Shown here one piece after another: positions 39,890-50,392 of a stretch of DNA of 64,000 bases (within the stretch, counting starts at the first letter, position 1; every line of letters starts with the position of its first letter). Source of the DNA: Candidatus Poribacteria bacterium (lineage in GTDB: Bacteria; Poribacteria; WGA-4E; WGA-3G); assembly GCA_963665235.2 (NCBI GenBank), contig CAXXLX010000001.1:3712001-3776000 (forward strand), given 5' to 3'. The position numbers were made by a program, and so were the translations under genes. Below the pieces are notes generated by a model. The model was not told the origin of the DNA, ran no database searches, and saw only the letters and a list, made by a program, of their open reading frames with translations.

Positions 39890-41290
39890 ATGTCAGAAAC
39901 ACCTCTTTACTTCAAAACAATTACCGAAATTAGCGAACTATTTGCTGCAAAGCAGCTATCACCTGTAGAGGTGACAGCTGCTATGTTGCAGCGGATTGAA
40001 ATGCTTGACGAACGATTGAAGAGCTACGCCACAGTCATGGCTGACCACGCGATGGCCGCTGCACAGAAGGCAGAACAGGAGCTCGGTGCGGGAGTGTGCC
40101 GAAGCCCACTGCACGGTGTCCCGATTGCAGTGAAAGACCTCTGCTTTACAAAGGGGGTCCGCACGATGGGGGGCGCGAAGGTGCTAAAAAACCACGTCCC
40201 CGACTTCGACAGCACAGTTGTGCAAAAACTACAATCGGCAGGGGCAGTGCTGCTCGGCAAACTCAACCTAACAGAAGGGGCAATGGGCGGTTATAACCCG
40301 GAATTCGACATTCCGATAAACCCGTGGAACCCCGAACGGTGGACAGGCTCATCTTCAAGCGGGTCCGGCGTTGCAACAGCTGCAGGATTATGTTCAGGTT
40401 CAATCGGCAGCGACACAGGCGGTTCAATTCGGTTTCCCTCGGCCGCGTGCGGCATCGTTGGATTGAAACCGACATGGGGAAGAGTCAGCAGATACGGTGT
40501 ACTTGCACTCGCCGAATCCATGGACCACGTCGGTCCCATGACTCGCAGTGTAGCAGACGCGGCGATTATGCTTGAGACTATCGCCGGCTGTGACCCCAAC
40601 GACCCAACCTCTCTGCCGGAGCCTGTACCGGCGATGCTTGATGGGATGACGCAGAATATCAAAGGGGTGAAAATCGGGTTCGATGAAAATTACACAACGA
40701 AAGACGTTGACCCCGAACTTGCTGAAGCCGTGTGTGCTGGCGTAGAATTATTACAAGAATTGGGAGCTGATATCGTCCCGGTGCAATTGCCGGATATGGA
40801 TGAATACGTGTTAGCATGGCCGACAATCTGTTCAGCCGAAGCGGTGGCAGCGCATGCTGCAACTTACCCCTCACAACGAGATGCTTACGGCCCTTGGTTT
40901 CAAGGATGGCTTGATATGGGAGCACAAGTGACAGGAGCCGGGTATGTTGAAGCGAACAAATTACGCGCTGCCTGCACAGGACACCTCCGACGCGTTTTTC
41001 AAGACATTGACGTGTTGGTATGTCCATCAATGTCTGCCCCCCCGCATATCGTTACGCCAGAAGTGTTATACGGTCCGAAGGAGACCAGACCTGCAAGGTT
41101 TCAACGGTTCACGGCACCGTTTGATTACAACGGCGCGCCGACGCTCTCTGTGCCGTGCGGTCTAAACAGCGAAGGCTTACCGTTGAGCATTCAGTTTGTC
41201 GGAAAACATCTATCTGAACCGCTGTTATGTCAAGTCGGTCACGCCTACGAAAGCGCGACGGAGTGGCATCAGCTTCATCCGGTGATTTAG
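39890..41290 (+). CDS. Amidase-signature family amidase
   Basis: LHGVPIAVKD, GSSSGSG, GSDTGGSIRFPS..CG.VGLKPT. Confidence 0.93.
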   Translation: MSETPLYFKTITEISELFAAKQLSPVEVTAAMLQRIEMLDERLKSYATVMADHAMAAAQKAEQELGAGVCRSPLHGVPIAVKDLCFTKGVRTMGGAKVLKNHVPDFDSTVVQKLQSAGAVLLGKLNLTEGAMGGYNPEFDIPINPWNPERWTGSSSSGSGVATAAGLCSGSIGSDTGGSIRFPSAACGIVGLKPTWGRVSRYGVLALAESMDHVGPMTRSVADAAIMLETIAGCDPNDPTSLPEPVPAMLDGMTQNIKGVKIGFDENYTTKDVDPELAEAVCAGVELLQELGADIVPVQLPDMDEYVLAWPTICSAEAVAAHAATYPSQRDAYGPWFQGWLDMGAQVTGAGYVEANKLRAACTGHLRRVFQDIDVLVCPSMSAPPHIVTPEVLYGPKETRPARFQRFTAPFDYNGAPTLSVPCGLNSEGLPLSIQFVGKHLSEPLLCQVGHAYESATEWHQLHPVI

Positions 41291-41358
41291 CCATTAGCCA
41301 TTAGCAATTAGCAAGAGGTTGTGATTCTAAGCACAGAAACTTTACACAAATCGCCCAA

Positions 41359-42303
41359 TTACTGCAAGTGGTAACCGTCCTTCGCGACGCGAATGCTATA
41401 GAGCCCACCACCCGCTGTGATATAGAGCGTTTTCCGCAATTCGCCCCGGCCGAAGGCAACATTGGTTGGCAATTCCGGCGTCTCAATATACGCCAATTCT
41501 GTTCCATCGGGGGAATAGACACATATACCGAATCGGGTTTTGTCGCGAACAGCAACGTAGAGATTGCCTTCTGCATCAACTTCAAATCCATCTGGACCGT
41601 GTTCCGGAGCGTAATCTACAAGTGTTTTACGGAAGGTTGCGGTGCCATCAGGTGTCAAATCGTACGCGAGAAGTGCCATCCGTCCAACATGGGTTGGCAA
41701 CTCCTCCGGCATTGCCCGAAACGAACCGCTATCGTTGCTCCCAACATATAACGTTTCCTGATCAGGTGAAACCGCTATTCCGTTCGGTTTGCCGGAATCC
41801 GCAATTATCAGATGAACGGAACCGTCCGCATCGATGCGATAAACCCCCATAACCGGTTGCTCTACAGGCTCATGGCCAACGTACCGGGGGTCAGTAAAAT
41901 AGATGCGTCCCTGTTCATCAATTGTGAGGTCGTTCGGTGAATTGAAAGGTCTCCCTTCATATAGACCAGCAATAATATCGCTTTTACCTGTTTCCATATC
42001 GGTTCGCGTGATACGCTGTCCTCCGAAATCTGCCCCTTCCGCGATAACCAAACGGCCTTGGGCATCAAATTTCATCCCGTTTGACATTCCGCTTGGCGAG
42101 CGAAAGACAGTGGTTTCCCCTGTTTCAGGGTCATATCGCATAATATGTCCGGCTTGCATATCGGCTTCGTGTGTAAAGGTGATGTCGCTGAAATAGACTG
42201 TCCCATCTGGGGCGACAGTTGGCCCCTCAGTGAAATGAGCGTCGTTGAATAAAACCTCAAGCTCAGGGTTACGAGGCAGAATTTCTTCTACTGAATTTGG
42301 CAT
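41359..42303 (-). CDS. SMP-30/gluconolactonase family
   Basis: FTEGP, SNG, NSPND, PNGIA.SPD, PDG..VD.EGNLY, PTN.AFG. Confidence 0.92.
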   Translation of the reverse strand: MPNSVEEILPRNPELEVLFNDAHFTEGPTVAPDGTVYFSDITFTHEADMQAGHIMRYDPETGETTVFRSPSGMSNGMKFDAQGRLVIAEGADFGGQRITRTDMETGKSDIIAGLYEGRPFNSPNDLTIDEQGRIYFTDPRYVGHEPVEQPVMGVYRIDADGSVHLIIADSGKPNGIAVSPDQETLYVGSNDSGSFRAMPEELPTHVGRMALLAYDLTPDGTATFRKTLVDYAPEHGPDGFEVDAEGNLYVAVRDKTRFGICVYSPDGTELAYIETPELPTNVAFGRGELRKTLYITAGGGLYSIRVAKDGYHLQ

Positions 42304-42342
42304 ATTTAGCTCCTTTTGAAAAGATTTTTGTATATAGTCAAC

Positions 42343-43359
42343 TTACCCCATCGGATGTGGGCCGTGGGTTGTTGCACTTTGCCGGGCGTGTGCATAAACT
42401 GCGTCCTGGATTTCAAGTATCCGCACCGCATCCACTACCGACGGCTCAAACGTGTGTCCTTCACGGATTGCGTCAAACGCGCTTTGCATTATGTTTCGTA
42501 TCCTTGCACCGTGCGGTATGTCCTCGCTAAATTGGACACCCTCCGTTGTGTGGACCTCAATCAACGGTTCACCCTCTTTCCCGTACTGCTCAAAGACCGA
42601 TGCCTTTGTGCCGATAAACCTGAAGAAATGATCGCCGCCGCGTTTGCCCGCCGGATAGGTATACCCGGCCTCAACGATTCCGGTAGTCCCGTCCGCTGTT
42701 CTGAGCACACCGATACCGCTATCCTCTATATTCCGAGCATGCATAGCGTTAGACATGACCGCACCCACGACTGTAATCTCCTGATTACCGACAAATTGAA
42801 GGAACGTATCTATGCCGTGTGCTGCTTCAACTGCCCAACACCCACCGCCGGAGATACGCGGGTCGTTGTGCCAATAGGAGGGGGTGGGATCATAACGAGA
42901 TGGCGGGCCGTTGTTCAATCTGCTGTTATACAACACAAGGTCACCGAAGCTGCCATCCGCTATCGTCTCCTCGACAACCTGGACAATACGACTTGCCCGG
43001 TTCGGTAGCACAAGGGCACTGAATACGCCGTGCTTTTCGGATGCCTCCGCCACAGGGCGTAACCGGTCGGCACAGTCCGCGAACGGTTTATCCAAAAGAT
43101 ACGGAATACGGCGGTCAACACACGCCTGAACGTGCATCGGTATTTCAATATGTTTACCAGCGACGAGGGCAGCATCCGGTTTGCAGGCATCCAAGCAGTG
43201 GACTGCGGAATCAAACGCTGGCACTTGAAAGTCGTGTGCCAGCTGTTCGCGCGGTGAATGCTCCGCATCCATGACACCGACAATGTCGTGTCCTAGTGCT
43301 TCAGCGGTGCGTGCCATGCTCCGGCCGTGATGACTATAAGAAAGAAGGGCTATTCTCAT
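42343..43359 (-). CDS. Gfo/Idh/MocA oxidoreductase
   Basis: LDKPFA, SGGG....AAHGID. Confidence 0.85.
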   Translation of the reverse strand: MRIALLSYSHHGRSMARTAEALGHDIVGVMDAEHSPREQLAHDFQVPAFDSAVHCLDACKPDAALVAGKHIEIPMHVQACVDRRIPYLLDKPFADCADRLRPVAEASEKHGVFSALVLPNRASRIVQVVEETIADGSFGDLVLYNSRLNNGPPSRYDPTPSYWHNDPRISGGGCWAVEAAHGIDTFLQFVGNQEITVVGAVMSNAMHARNIEDSGIGVLRTADGTTGIVEAGYTYPAGKRGGDHFFRFIGTKASVFEQYGKEGEPLIEVHTTEGVQFSEDIPHGARIRNIMQSAFDAIREGHTFEPSVVDAVRILEIQDAVYAHARQSATTHGPHPMG

Positions 43360-43391
43360 GGTTTGTCTCTGTGTTATAGGTTTATGGCTAT

Positions 43392-43570
43392 TAGACATTA
43401 TGCCGATTTAATTGTTGTAGGGGCGGAGTCTCCCCGCCCTGTTTCGTTAGGAGTGCCTGGGCGTAGGGGCGGGGTCCCCCCGCCCGATTTGAAGCTATGT
43501 TTATAGGGCGAGGGGACCTCGCCCCTACAGTGTTCGCAGGCAGCCCCTGATTAAATCATTATAATGTCTA
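43392..43570. mobile_element. MITE, TAGACATTAT-TIR family, carrying three GTAG-REP hairpins
   Basis: TAGACATTAT / ATAATGTCTA; interior homologous to 9588-9709. Confidence 0.8.
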
Positions 43571-43590
43571 GTGTTTTACGTCATTGCTAT

Positions 43591-44520
43591 TCACGCCTCG
43601 GTTTCTTCCAGGACCTGCTGGAAGTCTTCGGGCGTGTTCGCCAACATAGCAGCGCGGAGCAGTGCCTGAAGCTGCTGCGGGTCGTCGATTTGCTCCAATG
43701 CGGGTTTAAAGCGAAGCGCAGCATCGGACTGCAAGCGAAGGGTTAGTGCTTCAAAGATGCTTTGCTGCACACCTTGCTGCACACCTTGCTGTATACCTTG
43801 CTGTATACCTTTTTGGTGTGCCTCCGCTGTCGCTTTCTCTGTTAGGTGTCGGATAATATCTAATTCGTACATCGTCTCCTCCTTTACAATAGCTAAAATC
43901 ATATTCATATCATAAACTAAATTGCCTAAAATAGCCATGCTCCCAATATACTCAGATGGCTCTGGCACATCTGCGCGCGCCGCAGTTTGAACACATCGCC
44001 GAAACCACGCCTCCGCATCTACACCCGCAGGACGCTCCATCAACGGCGTAAACGGAAGCAACCCGACCGCATTTGAATCCAATACCGCCTGACCATCCAT
44101 ATCTATCAACCGAACAACCTTATACTCTATCAAAATCCGGTGATCCGCTAAATCCTGTGTAAAACGTCCCGGGTCATTTTTACCCGCATCTGGGCGAATA
44201 TAGATGACATAAGAATACACAAGCAACCGATATTTCGCAGCTATCCACATGATGTAACCCCCCATTCTTAGGGGCATGGGCGGGTCATAGCTGTCTGTGG
44301 TCTGGAACTCAATGTGCAACAACGCCTCTCTGCCATCAACTTCCACTTTGATAAGCACGTCTGCCTGATGCATCTCAATCGTTGGTTGTTCAGGTGTGAT
44401 GATTTCCAGCACGGTGAAATCTTTGTCACCTATACAAAGGTTTGCAAAATCATCAGGGTGTTCCTGAACATAATCTTTAGAAATAGTGTCAACTACTGCC
44501 ACTTTATCTCCTTTCGCCAC
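43591..44520 (-). CDS. Rpn family nuclease
   Basis: ADVL..V....LHIEFQT, PLRM, LLPFTPLM, QGIQQG repeats; internal AAGGAGG-ATG at 43872. Confidence 0.85.
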   Translation of the reverse strand: MAKGDKVAVVDTISKDYVQEHPDDFANLCIGDKDFTVLEIITPEQPTIEMHQADVLIKVEVDGREALLHIEFQTTDSYDPPMPLRMGGYIMWIAAKYRLLVYSYVIYIRPDAGKNDPGRFTQDLADHRILIEYKVVRLIDMDGQAVLDSNAVGLLPFTPLMERPAGVDAEAWFRRCVQTAARADVPEPSEYIGSMAILGNLVYDMNMILAIVKEETMYELDIIRHLTEKATAEAHQKGIQQGIQQGVQQGVQQSIFEALTLRLQSDAALRFKPALEQIDDPQQLQALLRAAMLANTPEDFQQVLEETEA

Positions 44521-44629
44521 TACGGCGTACGCTTATTTAACATTATACACGAAATGTGTTAACTTTTTCAACCTTAGAATCACAACATCTTGCCAGGAGA
44601 GAAAATAATGAAAATCTGCGATTTTCAAC

Positions 44630-45078
44630 GTTTCGGTGTCAAAACCCAATGCTTTAGCTTTGGGATGTAGACACCGCTAAAAACTTTGATTGCACACTAA
44701 ACCTTTTTAGTTGTTTTACGTCTAATAGATTTAGAGTGTACGGTTGCTATAGAGGGCAGTTACGCGCCTCCTGATTAGACTTCCTATAGTGTAAAGCTCT
44801 AATGTCAGTATTCGGGGTGAAACCCCGCTCCTCCGTCAGAAAGTGTAGCATGACAGTCGTTAGTAGGGAAAGACAGGTAATGCTGAAACCCGTTTGAACA
44901 ATACGACTCAAAACAAATTTCACAAGGACACTTCGGTGTCGCAGTCAGGGTAGTGTCTGTTGCAGTAGGCTTCTGTCCCTGGAGAACCGCTATAGGTTTT
45001 CTAAACAAGGTCGTTGATCGCACGAAAGCTTTCGCATAACTTTGCGGAAGCCCAAGTCTTTAGACTTGGGTCTATCAC
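44630..45078 (+). mobile_element. Protein-less IS605-type element / putative large structured omega-like RNA
   Basis: Left end CGGTGTC-AAAACCCAATGCTTTAGCTTTGGGATGTA-GACACCG; right end GAAGCCCAAGTCTTTAGACTTGGGTCTATCAC; internal TTCG and GAAA hairpins. Confidence 0.7.
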
Positions 45079-48058
45079 AGATAAACTCTAATTCCTGTGT
45101 TAGCAATTGTGGGTCTCTGCAAACGTGAAAACGCCACTTTTTCAGTTTTCCCCAATTGTTCACAGCGGATACCCACCGTTTGGCAGCAGCATGCTTGGCG
45201 TGCACCTGATCTGGTTCAAAACCTTTGATTTCTAATATGAGGTGGTCTCCGTTCTTGAAGCGGACGATAAAATCCGGTTCGTAACGGTGAGAAAACCCAT
45301 TGTGTTCGTACGGAATGCCGAGTCCGAGATGATCATTTCGTACATAGCATTCCACAATTTCTGATTGCTCAAGCCGAAATACTGCTGCACGTTCCCAGCT
45401 GTCTGTATCCAACACTACCTGATTCACATGGCTGCGTTGTGTTCCAACACAGGGCCGCGATGTGAGAAAATCAACATCAGCCGATGTCCCAATCGGTGCA
45501 TACCGGTTTAGAATAGGCAGCAGCGGTATTTCTCCCTTCGCCTCGTCAGGTTGGATAGCGGCCATCAACCTTTCCACAATACGCATAACGTATTTTTCCT
45601 GTCCAAGTTCACACGGGTGCTCCCCGCGAAAATCAACCTTTGTTTTGACATAGTTATCAACATACCGAAAGACCTGTGGAAAGAGCCGATGCCGTGAGAG
45701 TAGCCTTAGCTTCGGATTACTGTTCGGATCAGGGGCGGTGTCCCTATCCCCAACTAACTTGCGCACAATCCGATGTGCAATTTCAAACTTAATCGCCTGT
45801 AGGTGAGTGCTATCATAATACGCCTCGCGGTCCTGAAGTTTAACTTCTCCCGGCCCGGATGTCGAAGGCGCGCCCGTTTCGTATCCTACAGCAGGTTTAA
45901 CAAAAAGTGCTGTCGGATTCCGTTCAGGTTGAATCTGAAGCGGTTCAGTAGAGGTAATGTCAGCCTTGATTTCGTTCTTACGCAATGCGAAGGCATACCC
46001 TTCAACAACCGGATATTTAATCTCAAAATGTTCACGTTCAGGCAACGCCCGGACGTGGTTTTTCGGTTTGTCATCCGGGGCACTCGCTGTAGTGGGTCTG
46101 CCTCTAAACGGAATAACCGAAAAGGGTATACCGTAAACATCAACATATTCCTCGGTAAGCAGCCCCGTCTCTGGGTCCGGTGTATAATTCATGCGGCGCA
46201 ACCCGCGCCCGACTACCTGCTCACAAAGGAGTTGACTACTAAAGGCGCGTAACCCCAAAATATGTGTGACGTTGTTCGCGTCCCATCCCTCGTTTAGCAT
46301 TGCGACTGAGACAACGCATCGGATTTGCTCGCCCGGTTGCCCACGCTTACCGATTGTGGCGACTATCTGTCGGAGCTGCTCCGCTGCATCCGATTTCGAT
46401 TGACTGGCATCAGCCTTCTCCGCTTGTGCCAACATTTTGCTATCGATACGTAACGTTCGTTTCACATTCTCTGTATTTGAAAATAGGTCGGGGAAAATTG
46501 CCCCCTGTTCGTAGACCGTCCGCGTCTTCTGCTTTTTTCGTTTTTCGTTTGAGGTGTCCTCGTCAGCAACCTCAACCGTCCGTTCGCCGGAGATTTTTTC
46601 GTAAAAATACGCCGCTATGTCGGTATTGGCACAGACGACAATCATGACAGGTGGCGTTTTTTCTTGGGCATCGGAGGCTTCCTGAATGTATTCAAACCGC
46701 TCTTTCCATTGACTTGCAAGCGTGATAAGAGCGGGTTCCGCCTCGCGATAGATAGCATCCGGTTTAGGTGTCCGTTTCCGTCTGCCCGGGGACGTATCTG
46801 CTGCTGAGAGCTCATCATTGATTGTTTTCCACAATCGAAAGTATTTCGGCTCAGGTCTACCTGTGGTATCGCTCACTGGCAAGCGGGGAATTTTTGTGAT
46901 GCCGCTCTCAATTGCGTCAACCAAACCGAAATCGCTAACAAGCCACGGAAAGGGGTCCCCCTCTGCATGACCGCTGCCTTTTATGTAAAACGGCGTAGCG
47001 GAGAGGTCAACACAAAACTTAACACCGCACCCTACGTTAATCTTGTCCAAACCTTCCACCCAAACAGTGGCTTCTTGACGTTCCCGCTTTTCATCGGCGG
47101 AGAGTTTTTCGGCATCCTCCTCTATAGGTGCTGGACGGTAGGCGTGATGTCCCTCGTCGTTCAGCACCATAATTGGCGCGCGGTCGGACAATTCCCCCAA
47201 GACACGTTTCGCAAAAACTTCCGGTGTTTCCTTGCCTTTATTGATAACTGTGTATGTCTTCCCACCTTCACTATGTGGCGACTCAGGGGCAAATTGATGC
47301 CAATTGGTAATCAAGACTTTTCCGCTATTGAGCAGTGGCCGGAGTTTTGTCGGGATGAGTTCAAACTCGTCGTAGTAGTTATTCGCCTCTTCGGGACGTA
47401 AAACTTGCAGCCGTTGTTTGATTGTGAGGTTCGGACAGACGATAAGGGCAGCTGCGGGAAAACGTTCGTCAGATGGCACTTTTCCACGATTGCAAAATGC
47501 CCACGCGATGAGCATCGCCATCACAACGGTTTTACCGCTACCGGTCGCCATTTTGCACCCGTAACGGATTAGAGCGGGAATATCTTCTGTGTTTGGAATA
47601 TCCACTAACTTGGCGAGGTCTTCATCGGTGAACTGCGGAGTGAAACGGAGATGTTTGCCACCCTGACGTATTTCGGCAAGATAGATAGCTGTCTCAACCG
47701 CTTCACGTTGGCAGAAAAAGAGTCTTCGGAATAGGTCGTCCCGTGTCCAATGCCGTAGCAGTTCACGGGTGATGGGAGTAGCGTTGCGATAATTGGCATC
47801 CCGCCACCGTTTAACATCGGCCCGTAGCGCGTTGACTAGCGGCAGGTCATCCCACTCCTCTTCTCGGAAGAGTTGGAGCTGTTCGCTGCCGGTGCGCTGT
47901 GTTTTATACCAATAGCCTGCATCTCGCCGTCCCGGTTGTTTGACCGCTGCGCCTGTTTCCGTATCGTAAACCCAGTGGGTGTTTGGCTCTTCGTACGGGC
48001 TGCATAGGATAGGTTGCTCTACAGGTTGGATTGGAATGTCAGGTCGGTTTTGATTCAT
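44990..48058 (-). CDS. Type III restriction Res subunit (DEAD-like helicase plus nuclease, BPTD_3080-like); last ~28 aa come from the inserted element
   Basis: FFCQREAVET, KMATGSGKT, NDEGHH, DLSATPF, SVAMLNEGWD, EQVVGRGLRR, PDF...LEIKG. Confidence 0.88.
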   Translation of the reverse strand: MNQNRPDIPIQPVEQPILCSPYEEPNTHWVYDTETGAAVKQPGRRDAGYWYKTQRTGSEQLQLFREEEWDDLPLVNALRADVKRWRDANYRNATPITRELLRHWTRDDLFRRLFFCQREAVETAIYLAEIRQGGKHLRFTPQFTDEDLAKLVDIPNTEDIPALIRYGCKMATGSGKTVVMAMLIAWAFCNRGKVPSDERFPAAALIVCPNLTIKQRLQVLRPEEANNYYDEFELIPTKLRPLLNSGKVLITNWHQFAPESPHSEGGKTYTVINKGKETPEVFAKRVLGELSDRAPIMVLNDEGHHAYRPAPIEEDAEKLSADEKRERQEATVWVEGLDKINVGCGVKFCVDLSATPFYIKGSGHAEGDPFPWLVSDFGLVDAIESGITKIPRLPVSDTTGRPEPKYFRLWKTINDELSAADTSPGRRKRTPKPDAIYREAEPALITLASQWKERFEYIQEASDAQEKTPPVMIVVCANTDIAAYFYEKISGERTVEVADEDTSNEKRKKQKTRTVYEQGAIFPDLFSNTENVKRTLRIDSKMLAQAEKADASQSKSDAAEQLRQIVATIGKRGQPGEQIRCVVSVAMLNEGWDANNVTHILGLRAFSSQLLCEQVVGRGLRRMNYTPDPETGLLTEEYVDVYGIPFSVIPFRGRPTTASAPDDKPKNHVRALPEREHFEIKYPVVEGYAFALRKNEIKADITSTEPLQIQPERNPTALFVKPAVGYETGAPSTSGPGEVKLQDREAYYDSTHLQAIKFEIAHRIVRKLVGDRDTAPDPNSNPKLRLLSRHRLFPQVFRYVDNYVKTKVDFRGEHPCELGQEKYVMRIVERLMAAIQPDEAKGEIPLLPILNRYAPIGTSADVDFLTSRPCVGTQRSHVNQVVLDTDSWERAAVFRLEQSEIVECYVRNDHLGLGIPYEHNGFSHRYEPDFIVRFKNGDHLILEIKGFEPDQVHAKHAAAKRWVSAVNNWGKLKKWRFHVCRDPQLLTQELEFICDRPKSKDLGFRKVMRKLSCDQRPCLENL

Positions 48059-48401
48059 GAAGATTCCTCGGTTTGTGTTTCAGACGTTTCTTTTTCTGCC
48101 AGCAGAAACCTGCGAAAAATCGCGAGCAGAGCCCCTCCTTTTGCACGACGGGTCCCCTTTATGGGGCAGTGCGAAGCCGTTGTTCCGGGATGGGAAGTCT
48201 GCTGTAGATGAACCACCGCCGGAGATTTCGTAGAGACTTGATTACCCTTTTATAAGCGTTGTGTCCTGGTGTGAGCCGCTGCGCGGATTTTATTCGGCAT
48301 CGCCAAGGGCTTGGAGAGCCTGTTCAATCTCGGCTCTAAGCTTCTCAAGATTGGGTCTATCAATCTTACCAAGTGCCCTTATCACATCCGCAAGCACATG
48401 A

Positions 48402-50351
48402 TCAAACTTGTCCTGCTTCCAAGTCGTTTAACTTGGAATCAGCGAGCTGCAAATCGATAAGTGCCAAGGCTTTATGAAAATTTGCTTTAGCTTCCGCAGT
48501 GTGCCCTAAACTGACCTTTGCATCTGCCTTACCTTTGTAAGCATGAACATTCTTTGGGGCGAGTCGTATTATCTCGTCATAATCGTCAATTGCCGCATCG
48601 TATTGCTCTATGTTTTTCTTTGCACTAGCTCGATGCAGGTAAGCACCAGTATCCTCCTGTTTATGTTGGAGGACTTTATCGTAATCATCAATCGCCTCTT
48701 TGTATCGCTTTAGTCTACTTTTGGCATGGCCCCGATTGGAGTAGGCTTCAGCATTATCTGGATTTAGCCGAAGTGCCTCATCGTAATCATCAATCGCCTC
48801 TTTGTATCGCTTTAGTCTACTTTTGGCATGGCCCCGATTGGAGTAGGCTTCAGCATTATCTGGATTTAGCCGAAGTGCCTCATCGTAATCGTCAATCGCC
48901 TCTTTGTATTGTCTAAGTCCATGTTTTGCAAGTCCCCGATTGAAATAGGCTTCAGCATCATCTGATTTCAAACAAAGTCCTTTGTCATAATCTTCAATGG
49001 CAGCCTTGTATTCTTTCTGTCCGCTTCTTGTGTTTCCTCGCATAAAGTAGGCATCTGCATAGTCTGGTTTGAGTTCTATCACCTTGTCATAATCTTCAAT
49101 GGCAGCCTCGTATTGATCTAAATCGACTTTTGCTTTCCCGCGATTATAGTATGCATCTATATAGTCTGGTTTTAGCTCAATTGCCTTATCATAATCTTCG
49201 ATGACAGCCTCAAGTTCCCCGAGTTCACATTTCGCTTTTCCTCGATGGAAGTAGAATTGGGCATAATCTGGTTTGAGTTCTATCGCCTTATCATAATCGG
49301 CAATCGCTGTCTTGGTCTTTCCTTGTTTAATACTCGTGTACCCTCGCCAGAAGTAGGCTGGTGCAAAATTAGGATTTTTTCTCATAACCGTGTAAAAATC
49401 GCTCCTGGCATCTATATATTGTTCTATTTCTATCTTGACACAACCGCGATTAAAGTAGGCTTCCGTGAAAGATGCGTCTAAACGGATAGCTTTGTCGAAG
49501 TCAGCAATCGCATCGTCGTACTGGCCGAGGTATCGCTTTGCAAGTCCCCGGACGCGATAGGTTTCGGAATTATCAGGTTGTAACTGGAGGGATTTGTCAA
49601 AATCCTCCAGGGCGGCTTCATATTGGCCGAGGCTCCCCTTTGCACGCCCGCGCAATACATAGATAAGGGCATCGTTTCCTTTAAGCTGTAGCACTTGTGT
49701 ATAGTCTTCAATGGCAGCTTCGTATTCTTCCAAGTCACTCCATGCACATCCCCGGTTGTAGTAGGCATCTGCATAATCCGGTTGTAATTGAATACTATTA
49801 GTGTAGTCTTCAATTGCAGCCTCATATTGCTTGAGCAGGGATTTTGCGCCCCCACGGTCGTTGTAGAACAGTGCTTTATCCGGATTAAGTTTAATTGCCG
49901 CGTCATAATCAACAAGGGCACCTTCAACGTCTTGCAGTGTTCTTTTCAGATTGCCGCGGTTGTAGTATGCATCTGCATAGTCTGGTTTGAGCTCGATCGC
50001 CTTATCGTAGGCAGAAGATGCCTTTTCTCTCTGGTCATATTCTGTGAGGAGGCACCCTACAGAAAGCCAAGCATGGGCGGCTAGTTCGTTATTGGGCCCC
50101 TCGGCGATAGTCGCGACAGCTTGCCACTTTTCAATGGCATCCTTAAGTTCCCCATCGTGTTGCAGTAGATAGGCATCGAGTATTGCTTTATCCACGAGAT
50201 GGAGTTCTGTGTTTTGGAGCTCCATCCGTACGGTTTCCTTAGCTTCTCCAGATTTTTCTGAATCGACGAGATTCTCTATGAGTTCAATTAGGGTTTTGAT
50301 ATTCACGGTTTTCCCCTGAATAATGTGTTTGAAAAAAGTTGGATACATCAC
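48402..50351 (-). CDS. Tetratricopeptide repeat protein
   Basis: About 16 AY.NRG.AK..L..Y..AI.DYD.AI.L.P repeats; exact 102-bp duplication at 48678-48881. Confidence 0.9.
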   Translation of the reverse strand: MMYPTFFKHIIQGKTVNIKTLIELIENLVDSEKSGEAKETVRMELQNTELHLVDKAILDAYLLQHDGELKDAIEKWQAVATIAEGPNNELAAHAWLSVGCLLTEYDQREKASSAYDKAIELKPDYADAYYNRGNLKRTLQDVEGALVDYDAAIKLNPDKALFYNDRGGAKSLLKQYEAAIEDYTNSIQLQPDYADAYYNRGCAWSDLEEYEAAIEDYTQVLQLKGNDALIYVLRGRAKGSLGQYEAALEDFDKSLQLQPDNSETYRVRGLAKRYLGQYDDAIADFDKAIRLDASFTEAYFNRGCVKIEIEQYIDARSDFYTVMRKNPNFAPAYFWRGYTSIKQGKTKTAIADYDKAIELKPDYAQFYFHRGKAKCELGELEAVIEDYDKAIELKPDYIDAYYNRGKAKVDLDQYEAAIEDYDKVIELKPDYADAYFMRGNTRSGQKEYKAAIEDYDKGLCLKSDDAEAYFNRGLAKHGLRQYKEAIDDYDEALRLNPDNAEAYSNRGHAKSRLKRYKEAIDDYDEALRLNPDNAEAYSNRGHAKSRLKRYKEAIDDYDKVLQHKQEDTGAYLHRASAKKNIEQYDAAIDDYDEIIRLAPKNVHAYKGKADAKVSLGHTAEAKANFHKALALIDLQLADSKLNDLEAGQV

Positions 50352-50392
50352 GCTCTCAGTTTATGAACGTACCCCGCTTGCCGATAAGCGGT

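Noticed and set aside
44630-45078. Group I intron / IStron
   Set aside because: No convincing P7 R/S motifs seen, and the element is antisense to the host gene
48060-48298. Possible decayed hicA-like gene upstream of res
   Set aside because: Only fragmentary similarity across several frames; cannot be supported without a search
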